Positions 24,435 to 39,195 of a stretch of DNA of 64,000 nt are shown one piece after another; the stretch's first letter is position 1, and each line of letters opens with the position of its first letter. A program made the translations under genes and the position numbers. The DNA is from Octopus vulgaris (taxonomy: Eukaryota): positions 166,346,001 to 166,410,000 of the forward strand of contig OX597815.1 in assembly GCA_951406725.2 (NCBI GenBank). Direction: 5' to 3'. Under the pieces are notes generated by a model. That model had not been told where the DNA came from and made no database searches. It worked only from the letters and a program-made list of their open reading frames with translations.

Positions 24435-24627
24435 ACTCTTTTATTTGTTTCTCATTTGACTGTGGCCATGCTGGAGCACCGCCTTTAGTCGAGCAAATCG
24501 ACCCCAGAACTTATTCTTTGTAAGCCTAGTACTTATTCTATCGGTCTCTTTTGCCGAACCGCTAAGTTACGGGGAAGTAAACACACCAGCATCGGTTGTC
24601 GAGCGATGTTTTGGGGACAAACACAGA
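24435..24627 (-). mobile_element. SINE family B, 3' half
   Basis: Matches family B tail. Confidence 0.8.
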
Positions 24628-25354
24628 CATATATATATATATATATATCCTTTACGTTCGTTTGCGGGAAATATTTTGGATATACATATAAAAGTCCCTA
24701 TTCTATTACGCCGAGTACAACCCAGAGATGTCAACTGACGATACCAGTTTCTTTTTGTGGGGTCGCACCGAGCTGTGCCGATATAATGTAGGATAAATAG
24801 AGCAATAATAATAATAATAATAATAATCCTTGGATGGAATTTAAGAGTGGAAACGCGCGTAGCCATGCATTAAAATATTTATATAGACCATGGTAGGATT
24901 ATTATTATTTACTATATGTGTGTGTGTGTGTGTGTGTGTGTATATACGTATATATGTAAATATATATATATATATTTTTTCTTTCCTTTCCTGAGCGTCC
25001 AATAACACTGTACTTATTCCACCTCGCGTTGTTCTTTTTTCTTGCTTGTTCATGTTTGGATTGACTATATGTATATATATATATATATATATATGTGTAT
25101 GTATGTATGTATGTATGTATATATACATATACATGTATATAATTTAGGGTAGTAATTTTAAATTTTAATAATAATTATTACCTTTGAAGGTTTTTATTCC
25201 CATGCTAGCCACTTGATAAGACTGATATTTAAATATCGATCTTATCCTTATTTATATAAATTTATATACATGACGATGATCCGGTTCTTGACTGAAGACT
25301 GAAGGCTTCGAATGTCCCGTCTTCTAAATGTTTTGCGTTCTTTTTTCCAGTTTG

Positions 25355-26372
<1,018 letters not shown>

Positions 26373-26375
26373 ATT

Positions 26376-26587
26376 AGGCGCAATGGCCTAGTGGTTAGGG
26401 CAGCGGACTCGCGGTCGCAGGATCGCGGTTTCGATTCTCAGACCGGGCTTTGTGTGTGTTTATTGAGCGAAAACACCTAAAAGCTCTACGAGGCTCCGGC
26501 AGGGGGTGGTGATCCCTGCTGTACTCTTTCACCACAATGGCGGTGCCCCAGCATGGCCACAGCTCAAGAGCTGAAACTGGAAAAAAA

Positions 26588-26604
<17 letters not shown>
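26376..26604 (+). mobile_element. SINE: family C head joined to a B-like tail and poly(A)
   Basis: C head to ...TTCACCACAA, then TGGCGGTGCCCCAGCATGGCCACAG...A-run. Confidence 0.7.
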
Positions 26605-26664
<60 letters not shown>

Positions 26665-26673
26665 GTATGTATG

Positions 26674-26704
<31 letters not shown>

Positions 26705-26709
26705 GTATG

Positions 26710-26791
<82 letters not shown>

Positions 26792-27519
26792 TACACATGC
26801 TCAGACGTATAAATATATAACATTTCATATCGGTATATCCGTACGCACGCACATATATAATTATATGTATGTACGATAACGTACGTGCATGTGTGTAGGT
26901 AATTTGGGAAGAAAACCGTGAGAGAGCGAAACAGACAGACAGACAGACAGAGCATAAGTGGGGGGAAAGAGAGTAACAACCGTGACTTAGTGAATTAAAT
27001 ACCTGGGATACCACGGGACAGATGTTTTTACATCCCTGACGTTGTTTAAAAGGGTTTGTAGTATTGGGGTCTTAATGTGAGTGAGAGCATATTTTTGTTC
27101 TCAAACTGCTCCCTCATCGCTTCATATCCATTCCCATTCAGTATCCCTGACGCCAAATATTTCTCTACCATCAATACGAATTCCACCACGACAGCGACGG
27201 CAATCACTGCCGCCGCCATCAACATCAACGCCCGTACCAGCATTTTACAAGCTCCCACTTTTACGCCCTTCCAAATTTACCGTAAAGGGAAGTGGGGGGA
27301 AATAACGATGAGTTGATTCGAAAACTTCAACGTGGTTGCTATACAACGCAAAAAAGGAAAAGAAGAAAATAGCAGCTAAATTTCTCTCATATCACCGCCT
27401 ACCGTCTTGAGATATAAGGGAGTCAGTGGATTATGTAGTTCAAGATATGTCATACAAAACTTGTGTATTTTTAATTTGGCCCTTTTAGAAAAAATTTTTA
27501 TTTTTGATTAAAATTTCTC

Positions 27520-27905
27520 AGGAGAGGCTGTGTGGTAAGTAGCTTGCTTACCAACCACATGGTTCCGGGTTCAGTCCCACTGCGTGGCACCTTGGGCAAG
27601 TGTCTTCTACTATAGCTTCGGGCCGACCAAAGCCTTGTGAGTGGGTTTGGAAAACGGAAACTGAAAGAAGCCCGTCGTATATATGTATATATATGTTTGT
27701 GTGTCTGTGTTTGCCCCCCCCCCACCAAACATCGCTTGACAACCGATGCTGGTGTGTTTAAGTTCCCGTAACTTAGCGGTTCGGCAAATGGGAACGAGAG
27801 AATAAGTACTAGGCTTACAAAGAATAAGTCCTGGGGTCGATTGCCGTAGACAGATGACTGAATCAAGTTAAAGAGTAAAATAGTAAAGTAGTAAAGAGTA
27901 AAGAG
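27520..27905 (+). mobile_element. SINE family B
   Basis: Matches the other B copies; small deletion near the 3' end; (AAAGAGT)-like tail repeats. Confidence 0.85.
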
Positions 27906-28065
27906 TGTATTCATGACCACCCCCTGCCCTCTTTTCCTTTTCGATTACGTGATCTGAAGTCGCAGTCCTCATGACACCAAATACCAACCCTTCCTATCAA
28001 TAATATGGAAACCCTTGTCTTTCCACCGCAGACTAGTCTTAACGCTTGTATTTCTTATTCCCCGG

Positions 28066-28378
28066 GTGAGGGCGCGTGACTTAGTGGTTAGGGCATTCGG
28101 CTCAGGATCGTAAGGTCGTGAGTTCAATTCCCGACGGCGCGTTGTGTGCTTTATTGCACGTCGCTCCAGTCCAGTCAGCTGGCAAATATGAATTGTTACT
28201 TGTACTTCAAAGGGCCAGCCTTGTCACATTCTGTGTAACACTGAATCTCTCAGAGAAATACGTTAACAGTACGTGTGTCTCTGGAGTTCTCAGCCATCTG
28301 CACGTTAATTTCACGGGTATGCTGTTCTGTTGATCGGGATCAACTGGAACCCTCGTCGTCGTAACCGACGGAGTGCCA
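28066..28378 (+). mobile_element. SINE family D
   Basis: tRNA head GGCGCGTGACTTAGTGGTTAGG...GAGTTCAATTCC; D tail. Confidence 0.8.
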
Positions 28379-29269
28379 GTCTTTTTTGGCATAGAACATT
28401 TATATATCGACAGGAAGCCACAACATTGCACAGATAGACATTGAGTTTCTGCACTCGTGACTCCCCGGGCATCTACTCTATGTCCACATCATGAGACAAC
28501 ACTACTGTTCTGGTTTTTATTAATGAGATGACGAAACAGGTTTTGCGCTCACATTTCTTCATTCGTCGCCTTAGAGTTGAGCAGATTTTAAATGCTTAAA
28601 ACCGTATTAATTCCATTAAACATGGCAATTGTCCACCCTCCATGCCTATCAATCTCCACAGCCCTAACTGCATTCTTGTCATTGGAAGACGATCTGATTG
28701 CTGTTTAAGCATGGTCTTGCGACAACATCAGAGCTTCATCGTTGGCTTAAGGTCAGTAGCGTAGCTGAGGATAGGACAATGGGGACAATCCACTCGTGAC
28801 GACGCTTTTACGGGGTCGGCTGTATAAGCCACTGCTGACTCCTACAGAGAGGCAGTGGCAAACACTAAGGCTACCTCGTGCGGCCCACATTCTAGGTGGG
28901 TGGTGCTAATGATGGTTGTTCTTGTTATTTTTATTAGGCTGAGGTCAGTTTGACAGATAAGACCTAAGGTGAAAGTCGTTCTAACCGTGACCATTCAGCC
29001 TCTTTATTTTTCTTCTTCTATATGTTGTATCTAAAATTACATTATCTTTCGTGTCTTTCATATTTGTTAAGAATGTAAAGTCTGACTTAAAGGTGATTTT
29101 CCTGCTATTTCTAACACAGATCAGCCACATCGCTACTCTCTCACTGGCTCGTCCTAATAATGGTTAATCTTGTTGCTATTGTTGCTAGTGGTGAGGGTTG
29201 ATGGTGCTGAGGGGTGGGATTTTGGTTGTAGTGGTAGGTGATTTTAAAGTGGTAGTTATAGTGGTGATG

Positions 29270-30250
29270 GCTTTAATCGTTAGCAGGTGGAGTAAATGCA
29301 TAGTAGAATTTGGTCCGTCTACAAATTCGAGTTCAAATTCCGCGGAGGTCAAGTTTGCTTTTCATTCTTTTAGGGTTGGTTGATAAAACAAGTACCAGTT
29401 GAACACTGGGGTTGATGTAATCGACTTACCACTGCCCCAGAAATTATTGGTCTCGTGCCAAAATTTGGAACCAATATTATGTCTTTATGTTAAAAGCGGC
29501 GAGCTGGCAGAAGCGTTAGCACGCCGGGCGAAATGTTTAGCAATATTTCGTCTGTCTTACGTTCTGAGTTCAAATTCCGCCGAGGTCGACTTCGCCTTTC
29601 ATCCTTTCGGGGTCGATTAAATAAGTACTAGTTACGCACTGGGGTCGATATAATCGACTTAATCCGTTTGTCTGTCCTTGTTTGTCCCCTCTATGTTTAG
29701 CCCCTTGTGGGTAATAAAGAAATAGGTATTTCGTCTGCGGTTACGTTCTGAGTTCAAATTCCACCGAGGTCGACTTTACCTTCCATCCTTTCGGGGTCGA
29801 TTAAATAAGTACCAGTTACGCACTGGAGTCGATGTAATCAATTTAATCCGTTTGTCTGTCCTTGTTTGTTATCTCTGTATTTAGCCCCTTGTAGGTAGTA
29901 AAGAAATAGGTATTTCGTCTGTGTTTACGTTCTGAGTTCAAATTCCGCCGAGGTCGACTTTGCTTTTCATCCTTTCGGAGTCGATAAATTAAGTACCATT
30001 TGCGTACTGGGGTCGATCTATCCGACTGACCCCCTCCCCAAAAATTGTGCCTAGAGTAGAAAAGAATCGTTAGCACGCTGAGCAAAATGCTTTACGGCAT
30101 TTTACGTCCGTCTTTATATTCTGAGTTCCAATTCCTGTGACGTCGACTTTACCTTTCATCCTTTCGGTGTTGAGCACTAGAGTTGATATTATCGACTTAT
30201 CGGTTTTCCCGGCAATTGTTGGCCTTTTGTCAAAATTGGAAACCACTACA
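29270..30250 (+). mobile_element. Cluster of SINE family A copies including a trimeric array (29495-30062) followed by a head-truncated copy
   Basis: Repeated TTCTGAGTTCAAATTCCGCCGAGGTCGACTTTGCCTTTCATCC units. Confidence 0.9.
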
Positions 30251-31002
30251 TTAGAAGAGATTCTTTGATAATGATCATAGTAGTAGTAGTAGTAGTAGCA
30301 TGGTAATTCGGTGGTAACTGGTGGCAGTAGTTATTGAATTACTGGTGAGTTCGGAGCGACAGTGGTGATTGTTCGTTGATGGATGTTATAATAGTTTCGT
30401 TGTTATATATATTTAGCCCCGGGGCATCAACGATCTAGCAAGACTGACCTATTGATCACAGACGTTCCAGCTGTGACCATCCAAAAGTTTATTCAAACAG
30501 TGTATCTTAAATCAGTGGGATTGTTTTTTGGTTGTTTTTTTTTTTTTTGCATATAAAGAGGTGGTAGGCAGTACTTAAGTAAAACTGATAAGTAGAGGGC
30601 GGGTAAGTTGCGATGTTTATAATAAGATTAAGATAGCCAGTTTCATCTCGCCATTAAGATCTTAAAAATTTTTTTTATATTTGTACAAAGAAAGAAATTA
30701 TGATTACATGTATGCAAAGTTTAATTAGTTTCCTTATTAGCAGAGTGAACTGGGGGTACAAAGCATTTTATTATTATTCCCCCTTTTTTTATAGTAAGGT
30801 GTTTATAGTTGTATATTTCTTTATACAGAAGGTGATTTGAAAATAAATGGCTGCTATTTCTTGCAGGTCGAGCAACCATGTAGAAGCCTTTACGTTGACT
30901 CGTATTTGGCTGTCGATTGTAGTTCACAATGTTGCTTTAGCCCCAGGTCAGCTTTGAAGGAGAAAACCTAAGATCAATACCTTGTTTTCACATTATGTAC
31001 AA

Positions 31003-31162
31003 GGTGCAGGAGTGGCTGTGTGGTAAGTAGCTTGCTTACGAACCACATGGTTCCGGGTTCAGTCCCACTCCGTGGCACCTTGGTCAAGTGTCTTCTACTA
31101 TAGCCTCTGGCCGACCAAAGCCTTGTGTATGGATTTAGTAGACAGAAACTGAAAGAAGCCCG

Positions 31163-31252
<90 letters not shown>

Positions 31253-31480
31253 TTATGTATGTGTGTGTATATGTTTGTGTGCCTGTGTTTGTCCCCCCCA
31301 ACATCGCTTGACAGCCGATGCTGGTGTGTTTACGTCCCCGTAACTTCGCGGTTCGTCAAAACAGACCGATAGAATAAGTACTAGGCTTACAAAGAATAAG
31401 TCCTGGGGTCGATTTGCTCGACTAAAGGCGGTGCTCCAGCATGGCCGCAATCAAATGACTGAAACAAGTAAAAGAGTAAG
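31003..31480 (+). mobile_element. SINE family B, full length
   Basis: Head, internal (TA)n(TG)n, tail ...GAAACAAGTAAAAGAGT. Confidence 0.9.
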
Positions 31481-31499
31481 ATACATTATGCAATGTATC

Positions 31500-32460
31500 C
31501 GCGCCTCCTTTAAGAACACGATAGGATGTGGTCTGAGCGACACTTAATTGCTATTTCTAGCAAAGTGATCAACAAATAAAATACTCTCTCGTTTTCTTGT
31601 TCTAGATTATTAATTATTAATTAGCTGCGATATTTGCAGCAGTTATTTAGCCCCAGGTCAGTCCAGATTGAGCTGATAAATGATGAGAGGCACTCCAACC
31701 GTGACCACGCCATATTTTTCTTAAATGTGCAAGGAAACCCAAGGTTGTATTATCCAGTATGATATTTCCTAAATGATTAGGGTGTGATTTTAAAAACATT
31801 TGGCTGCGGCTTCTAGCTGACTGATGGACCTTGTTTTCATATGCTCAAGGAAACCCAAGGACGAGATTATATAACGTGTCCGCATCTCCCTTTTAAGACC
31901 CGGTAGGGAGTGATTTGAGGGACATTTGGCTGCTGTTTCTAACAAGGCGATCAACCACATAAAATACACTTCCGTTTGCCTATATTAGATTATTAATTAC
32001 TTGTGAAATTTACTGCAGATATTTAGCCACAGGTCAGTCCTGATTGAATGGATAAATGACGAGAAGCAGTCCAACCGTGACCATCCTACCTTCTTAAATG
32101 TCCAGTATGATATATTCTTATTTTCTCAGGCGGCGAGCTGGGAGAAACGTTAGCGCGCCGGGCGAAATGCTTAGCGGTATTTCGTCTGTCGCTACGGTCT
32201 GAGTTCAAATTCCGCCGATGTCGACTTTGCCTCTCATCCTTTCGGGGTCGATAAATTAAGTACCAGTTACGCACTGGGGTCGATATAATCGACTTAATCC
32301 CTTTGTCTGTCCTTGTTTGTCCTCTCTATGTTTAGCCCCTTGTGGGTAGTAAAGAAATATATATTCTTATTTTCTAAGTAATTAGGGTGTAATTTTAGAA
32401 ACATTTGGCTGCGATTTCTAGCAGACTGAAGGACCACGTTCAGGCTCCCTCGGTGACTCG
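31500..32460 (+). repeat. Cluster of an older dispersed repeat (family E); related copies at ~28935, 30413, 30830, 36350, 45250, 48235, 55735, 61500
   Basis: Recurring TTTAGCCCCAGGTCAG...CCGTGACCATCC and GATTTGGCTGCTATTTCTAGCAG motifs. Confidence 0.6.
32127..32358 (+). mobile_element. SINE family A monomer with Tx1-like tail
   Basis: 17-bp TSD ATATATTCTTATTTTCT (32110-32126, 32359-32375). Confidence 0.9.
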
Positions 32461-33329
32461 TAGTGGCTGTCGTGGAAGTGGTCGGTAGTGGTGAGTTTGG
32501 GTGACTGTAAAAGGTGTTGGCTGCAGTGCTGGTGGTACTGGTTTCGCGGTTGTGGTTGTAGCAGTGGTTAAGTTTTGAAGTATGGCGATACTAGTCATAA
32601 TATAATATATTTTGAAACAAAAAAAAAAATTAAATAGAATTTTAAAAAAATAAAGAAAAAAAATTGACGACAAAAAATATTTGAGGAGGGGAGGCAGAAG
32701 AGAAGGATGAGGAGGAACAAGGGGCGAAAGAAGGAAGGAGGAGTATGATGTAAAGACGAAGGTGGTAGGAGAATAGGAGGAGCAAAACGAAAACAGGAAG
32801 AAGCGAGACGAAGACTTTTATACACAGAGAGAGAGAGAGAGAGGAGGTGAGAGAGAAAGAGATAGACGGTAAAAGGGAGAGGGAGAAGGGAGAAGGGAGA
32901 AAGAAAGAATGATAGAGTGAGAGAGAGGGTGGTGGTGGAGAGAGAAGTGCTGACGCAAACTACTCACACATGAATTTCTGTCGCTGGCAAGACATTTCTC
33001 ACAACCGTTGGAGCCAAATGTGTATTATATTTGTACGTGGTGTGTGTTCCTGTATGAGAGAACCGTATGTAGGTGTCTGTATGTGTGTGTGAGTATGTAA
33101 GTGTGAGTATGCGAGTGTGTGTATGTGTGTATGTGTGCTATTTTTTTTTTAGCTCCGTCACATCTTACTGCAGTTAAAGTGTGTGCGTTTTTTAGTTTCT
33201 TTTCGTCTTAATTTTTTTTCTTCTTTTAAGTTTTCTCTTTTATTTTTTGTTTTAATCCCGTCTGTTCTGTGAGTCAATGGATTTGTTATATTATTTGTGT
33301 GCTTTAAGATGACTGTCCGAATGTGATGG

Positions 33330-33372
<43 letters not shown>

Positions 33373-33489
33373 GTATGTATATATGCGTGTTAGTTAGCCA
33401 TGGTTTAAGTCGGTCTAGAGTTTTCTTAAATGTAAAAAGCAAAAAAAAAATAGGCAAGAAAGAAGAGAAAAAATTTGTGTTGCTTGTGA

Positions 33490-33526
<37 letters not shown>

Positions 33527-33752
33527 GTGAGAGAGAGAGAGTGTGTGTGTGTATATATGCGTGCGTGTGTGTGTGTGTGTGTGTGGCTTTACGTCACGTA
33601 TTTTATTTGTTTTTATTTTGTTTGTGTTTGTGTGTTTTTTTTCTTTGCTGTATGTGGGTGTCCGCGCATGATGGTATGTTTGTAAACGCCTTGTGTTGGT
33701 TTGTATCGCGGCTATTTTTGTATGTGGCCTACGTTAGTAACCAGAGGTCTGC

Positions 33753-33803
<51 letters not shown>

Positions 33804-33861
33804 ATGGTGTTTCTTGTGTGTGTATGAGTGAGTACATGCGTTGCGTGCGTGTGAGTGCGCT

Positions 33862-33937
<76 letters not shown>

Positions 33938-33954
33938 CATGCACACACACACAC

Positions 33955-34002
<48 letters not shown>

Positions 34003-34835
34003 TTATACATATATGTGTGTGTGTACATAGGAGTGTATGGGGGTATGTGAGTGAGTGAAAGAGAGAGAGAAAGAGGGAGAGAGAGAGAGGAAATAAGAAC
34101 AGTATGAAATATTGCGCACGGACTGATGGACAGAAAATATTGCATTTTTAAAGGGAAGCAAACATAAATACCAACTAACGTTTGATTTAACCTCAACTAC
34201 AACAACAACAACAACAACAATCTAATGAAGGAAAAGAAAGAAGAAAACGAAAAAGGGAAAAAGAAGGTGGACGAAAGCCATTTTTATTGATTGAGTAGAA
34301 ACAAATAACCAATTCGCTTCAGTAAGTTTTTTATTTTTGTTTTTTGTTTTGTTTATTTTTTTATCTTTATTTTAATTTGTTTTGTTTTCGTTTATCGTGT
34401 TTGCTGGTATTTATTTCTTACCCCCTTCCCCGTCCCAAGATACACACACACACGCATACACACACACATACACGAACATTCACACATTCTCCTGGTTTGT
34501 GATACTCGAGAGATGATTTATAATTTAAAGGCTCTCCAGCCGTAACCATCCCGTCCTGTTTCTGTTTTTTGGGGTTTTTTTGTTGTCCAGACAGCATATC
34601 TGGTATATTAGAAGATCTAACACACACATTTATACAAATACATACGTACATACATACATACATACATACATACAAACATACATACAAACATACATACATA
34701 CATACATACATCCATGCATGCATGCATGCATGCATGCATGCATGCATACATACATACATACATACATACATACATACATACATACATACATACATACATA
34801 CATACATACCGTTGTTAAATAACGAACTGTCGGAG

Positions 34836-35121
34836 GGCATTCCTTCGATATAGCTCGACAGGCTCAGGGTTTCGCTTCGGGTATTTCCGTGGATTGTGGA
34901 GTATAGTAGATATAACGAAATTATGCCAGCAATGTCTCATTTTAAACTTGAAGAAAAAAAGAAAAAAAAGCCTTGCATATTTGTTCTCACCTGTTTCATT
35001 TGTGTATATAAAATCCACAAATTTCCAAGCAGAAAACAGAATCGAACTGTCATTTGCTTCCACGGAAATAATACCCAAAGTGAAGTGTTTTGATTTTGTC
35101 GAGTTATATCGAAAGAACGCC
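34836..35121. mobile_element. MITE with GG termini and 8-bp TSD (Merlin-like)
   Basis: TIR GGCATTCCTTCGATATAGCTCGACA / TGTCGAGTTATATCGAAAGAACGCC; TSD TGTCGGAG / TGTCGTAG; subterminal IR TATTTCCGTGGA / TCCACGGAAATA. Confidence 0.7.
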
Positions 35122-35308
35122 TGTCGTAGAAATAACTTTGTCGAGTTATATCGAAAGAATGCCTGTCGTAGAAATAACTTTGTCGAGTTATATCGAAAGA
35201 ATGCCTGTCGTAGAAATAACTTTGTCGAATTATATCGAAAGAATGAATGCCTGTCGTAGAAATAACTTTGTCGAGTTATATCGAAAGAATGCCTGTCGTA
35301 GAAATAAC
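35095..35308. repeat. 5 x 42-bp minisatellite TTTGTCGAGTTATATCGAAAGAATGCCTGTCGTAGAAATAAC
   Basis: Direct reading; fourth copy has a 4-bp GAAT insertion. Confidence 0.95.
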
Positions 35309-35689
35309 ATAAGTTTAAGTGCAATAGTTAATTTAGTGGCCTTTTAATCTGGATTGGTTTATAAGTAAACTCTGTGTGTGCATGCTCGTGTGTTTTTGTT
35401 CATGAGTGTGTTAAAAGCAAATTTAAGTGTTTTTATTCAGCAGGTCGTGTCGCTATTTAAAATAGGCTCTGGTCTTCCAAGACCCTCGTTGGCTTGTACA
35501 ATTTTGCTCAGATAAGGACTTCAGTAGAATGCAAAAGGATTAAAAGACATTATTTAGCCCAAATCCCAAATAGTAAAAAAAACTAATTCTGACATTTCTC
35601 TGCATTTCACTCGAGAATAAATTAGTAAAATACGTACAAGTAGACGCTCTGTGATACCCAATCGACCTCACTGTTACTTGATAAAATAA

Positions 35690-35714
35690 AATAATAATAA
35701 TAATAATAATGATG

Positions 35715-35767
<53 letters not shown>

Positions 35768-35951
35768 CCTTTCTACTAAAGGCACAAGGCCTGAAATTTT
35801 GGAGGAGGGGACTAGACGATTAAATCGACTCGTGTTTTCATTGGTACTTAATTTGTCGACCCCGAAAGGATGAAATGCAAAATCGACCTTGGCGGAAATT
35901 GAACTCTGACGGGCGAAATACTGCTAAGCATTTCGTCCAGCCGTAACTGAT

Positions 35952-35996
<45 letters not shown>

Positions 35997-36222
35997 CCTT
36001 TCTACGATAGGCACAAGGCATCGGAGATTTTTTTGGGGAAAGGATTAAGTCGATTATATCGATCCCATTGTTTAACTGGTACTTGACTCATCAACCCCGA
36101 AAAGATGAAAAGCAATGTCGACCTCGGTGGAATTTGAACTCAGAATGGTTGTCGACGGACGAAATACCGCTAAGCATTTCGTTCAGCGTGCTAACGATTC
36201 TTTCTGACAGCTCGCCGCCTTA
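35690..36222 (-). mobile_element. Two SINE family A copies with (AAT)n tails
   Basis: Reverse complement of family A; (AAT)n tracts at 35690-35767 and 35953-35996. Confidence 0.8.
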
Positions 36223-37517
36223 ATAATAATAATAATAATATTAATGATCTTTGGTCCTGGTGTTCATAAGAAATTACTGCTTCGTAAAGAAATCCATGAA
36301 CATTGCACAATATTGTGCATATATTATCTTTGTTTCCGCCCAAGGGGAATAGATTCAGCAAGAAAAACTTCTACACAGTCGGTCATAGCTGCCAAATTTT
36401 CCTCAAGTCACATCCTACAGTCTTAAAAAAATTTGAAGAACACTTTCGTTAGTATAGGCTTAGATGCATTAGAATGGAGTGGGGATGGAGAAACAAACAA
36501 ACAACAAACGGGATGGTCATGATTAGATTTCCGTTGATCACACGTCTGTCTATTCGGTCAGTAGTGTAGACAATGGCTTTAAAAGCTCCGTGTGAGGTGA
36601 GCTTACGCGACATGGCTTCGATCCACGGGTGAAAAAAATTTCATTTCTTTTGAGACGCTAATGACCTATTATTTTTTCTTCCATCTTAAAATCACAGATG
36701 CACAGGCATGGCACGGCATGGTTGCGTGGTAAGAAGTTTGTTTCTAAATCGCATGGTTTTGGGTTCAGTCCCGCTACATGGCACCTTGTGCAAGTGTTTT
36801 CCTTTAGACGAGTGGTTGGTTCCCAGACGGGGTCCATATCACCCTTGGGGTAAGGGGATGCCCATGTAAGATTTTGTTGCTAAAATCTATGTGCAATAAA
36901 GTGGTTAAGTTATATACTTCTACGTTACTTAAAGTATTTTAACGTATTCAAATTAAAAAAAAACAATTCCCAGTAATACTTAACAGGATTTTGTTAAGCA
37001 TCGAATGGCTATGAAGGTTCATCCGAATAGCAAAGCCTTGTGAGTGGAATTTGGTTGACGGAAACAGAAACACAAACGTGTGTGTGTGTGTATGTGTGTG
37101 TTCGTGCGCGCGATATGTGCGTCTGTGTGTTTGTATTTGTGTCTGCTCGAACACCATTTGACATTCGGAGTTGGTTTGTTTACGCCTCCGCAACTTAGCG
37201 GTTCTACAACAAAGACCGACAGAACAATTACCAAACTGGGTACTGGGATTGATTTATTCGACTGACATCTTTCAAGACGATGCCCCAGCTTGACTGCAAT
37301 CCAGTGACTGAAACAAATAAAAGATAAATAAAATAGTGCTCTATGCCTGATGAAACTACGCCCACACATACTTCTTTGACAGTCCGAACAATTGATGGAA
37401 ATGCCTGAGCTAAGTCCCAAATTCTTGATATTTAAATTCCTTTTCCTCAGCAATGAAGTTCACAATCTACAAGAGTGTTGGTAAAATCTTATTACAGTCA
37501 AATAGAGTAGAGTTAAG

Positions 37518-37925
37518 ACGACGTACTGGCAGAAACGTTAGCACGCTGGGCGAAATGCTTAGTGGTATTTCGACTGTCTTATGTTCGGAGTTCAAATTCC
37601 GCCGAGGACGACTTTGCCTTTCACGGTCGATTAAATAAGTACCAGTTACGCAATGGATTCAATATAATCGACTTAATCCATTTGTCTGTCCTTGTTTGTC
37701 CCCTCCGTGTTTAGCCCCTTGTGGGTAGTAAAGAAATAGGTATTTCAACTGCCTTATGTTCTGAGTTCAAATTCCGCCGAGGTCGACTTTGCCTTTCATC
37801 CTTACGGGGTCGATAAATTAAGGGCAATCTGCCAAATTAAGTATCAGTTGCGTACTGGTGTCGATCTAGTCAATTGCACCCCCTCCCACCAAAAAAATTT
37901 CTGGCCTTGTGCCTAGAGTAGAAGA
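37518..37925 (+). mobile_element. SINE family A dimeric array
   Basis: Unit with Tx1-like tail joined at AAAGAAATA|GGTATTTC to a unit with the alternative tail. Confidence 0.85.
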
Positions 37926-38459
37926 AACTACAGTGGAGTTGACAGCCGATATACTGTCTGTCTTTATGAAAAGAACGTCTCATATTTAGTGAAAAATGTG
38001 TGCATATACATAAATATACTGTCACATAAAAGCTAAGGGACTTGGAAAAAATCTGAAATCTGAGAAAAAAAACCCCAAAAAAACTAGGTGATGGTTTGTG
38101 TCAGCGAACGTTTATAGTCAATAGGAAAATCTATGAAAGACAGAGTTGATTGATGTCAGTCAGACTGAAGTGTATAATGTATAAAAATTTCTGGTCCTGC
38201 CGTTCATTTGAGACTGACAAACAATAACAAATATACAGAAGGACAGACAGGTAACCCTCCGTTTACCGCACAAGATCGCAATTTTGCGCGAGAGCTGTCC
38301 TCAATATGTTTTGCCTGCATACGTGTGTGTGCGTGTGTATATGTAAGTGTGTGCGATTTCGGCATTTAACTGGCACTTTTTTTAGGGTGGATTAAAAACA
38401 CATTTTTCACCAAGTCTGACAAGTTGTATATTTAGTAAGGCGGAGTATGTGTGTATACT

Positions 38460-38682
38460 CTTTTTACTCTTTTATTAGTTTCAGTCATTTGACTGCGGCC
38501 ATGCTGGAGCACCGCCTTTAATCGAGCAACTCGACCCCGGGACTTATTCTTTTGTAAGCCCAGTACTTATTCTATCGGTCTCTTTTGCCGAACCGCTAAG
38601 TAACGGGGACATAAACACACCAGCATCGGTTGTCAAGCAATGCTAGGGGGACAAACACAGACACACAAACACACACATACAT

Positions 38683-38720
<38 letters not shown>

Positions 38721-38877
38721 GACAGGCTTCTTTCAGTTTCCGTCTACCAAATCCACTCACAAGGCATTGCTCGGCCCGGGGCTATAGCAGAAGACACTTG
38801 CCCAAGATGCCACGCAGTGGACTGAACCCGGAACCATGTTTGGTTGGTTACCACTACTTACACAGTCCACTCCTGCG

Positions 38878-38880
<3 letters not shown>
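38460..38880 (-). mobile_element. SINE family B, full length
   Basis: Highly similar to 2115-2524. Confidence 0.9.
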
Positions 38881-38943
<63 letters not shown>

Positions 38944-39151
38944 TGTACTTTTGGGTGAGTGTATGGATGATTGTATGTATGTGCGTGAGAGTGTGTGTGT
39001 GTGTGGAAGGGGGGGGCGTCTCTACGATCTTCGTGTATCTCCGGAGACGTGAGAAAATGTGAATCTATCTAATTTTTCACGGAAGCGTTGTGGTTAAACG
39101 CACGTGGTAGGGGTAAGGTGTGATTTTTATGAGAGTATAAGTGAGTGTTTG

Positions 39152-39195
<44 letters not shown>

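Noticed and set aside
35095-35308. CRISPR-like regular repeats
   Set aside because: Units are contiguous with no unique spacers, there are no cas genes and the context is eukaryotic; explained as a MITE-derived minisatellite.
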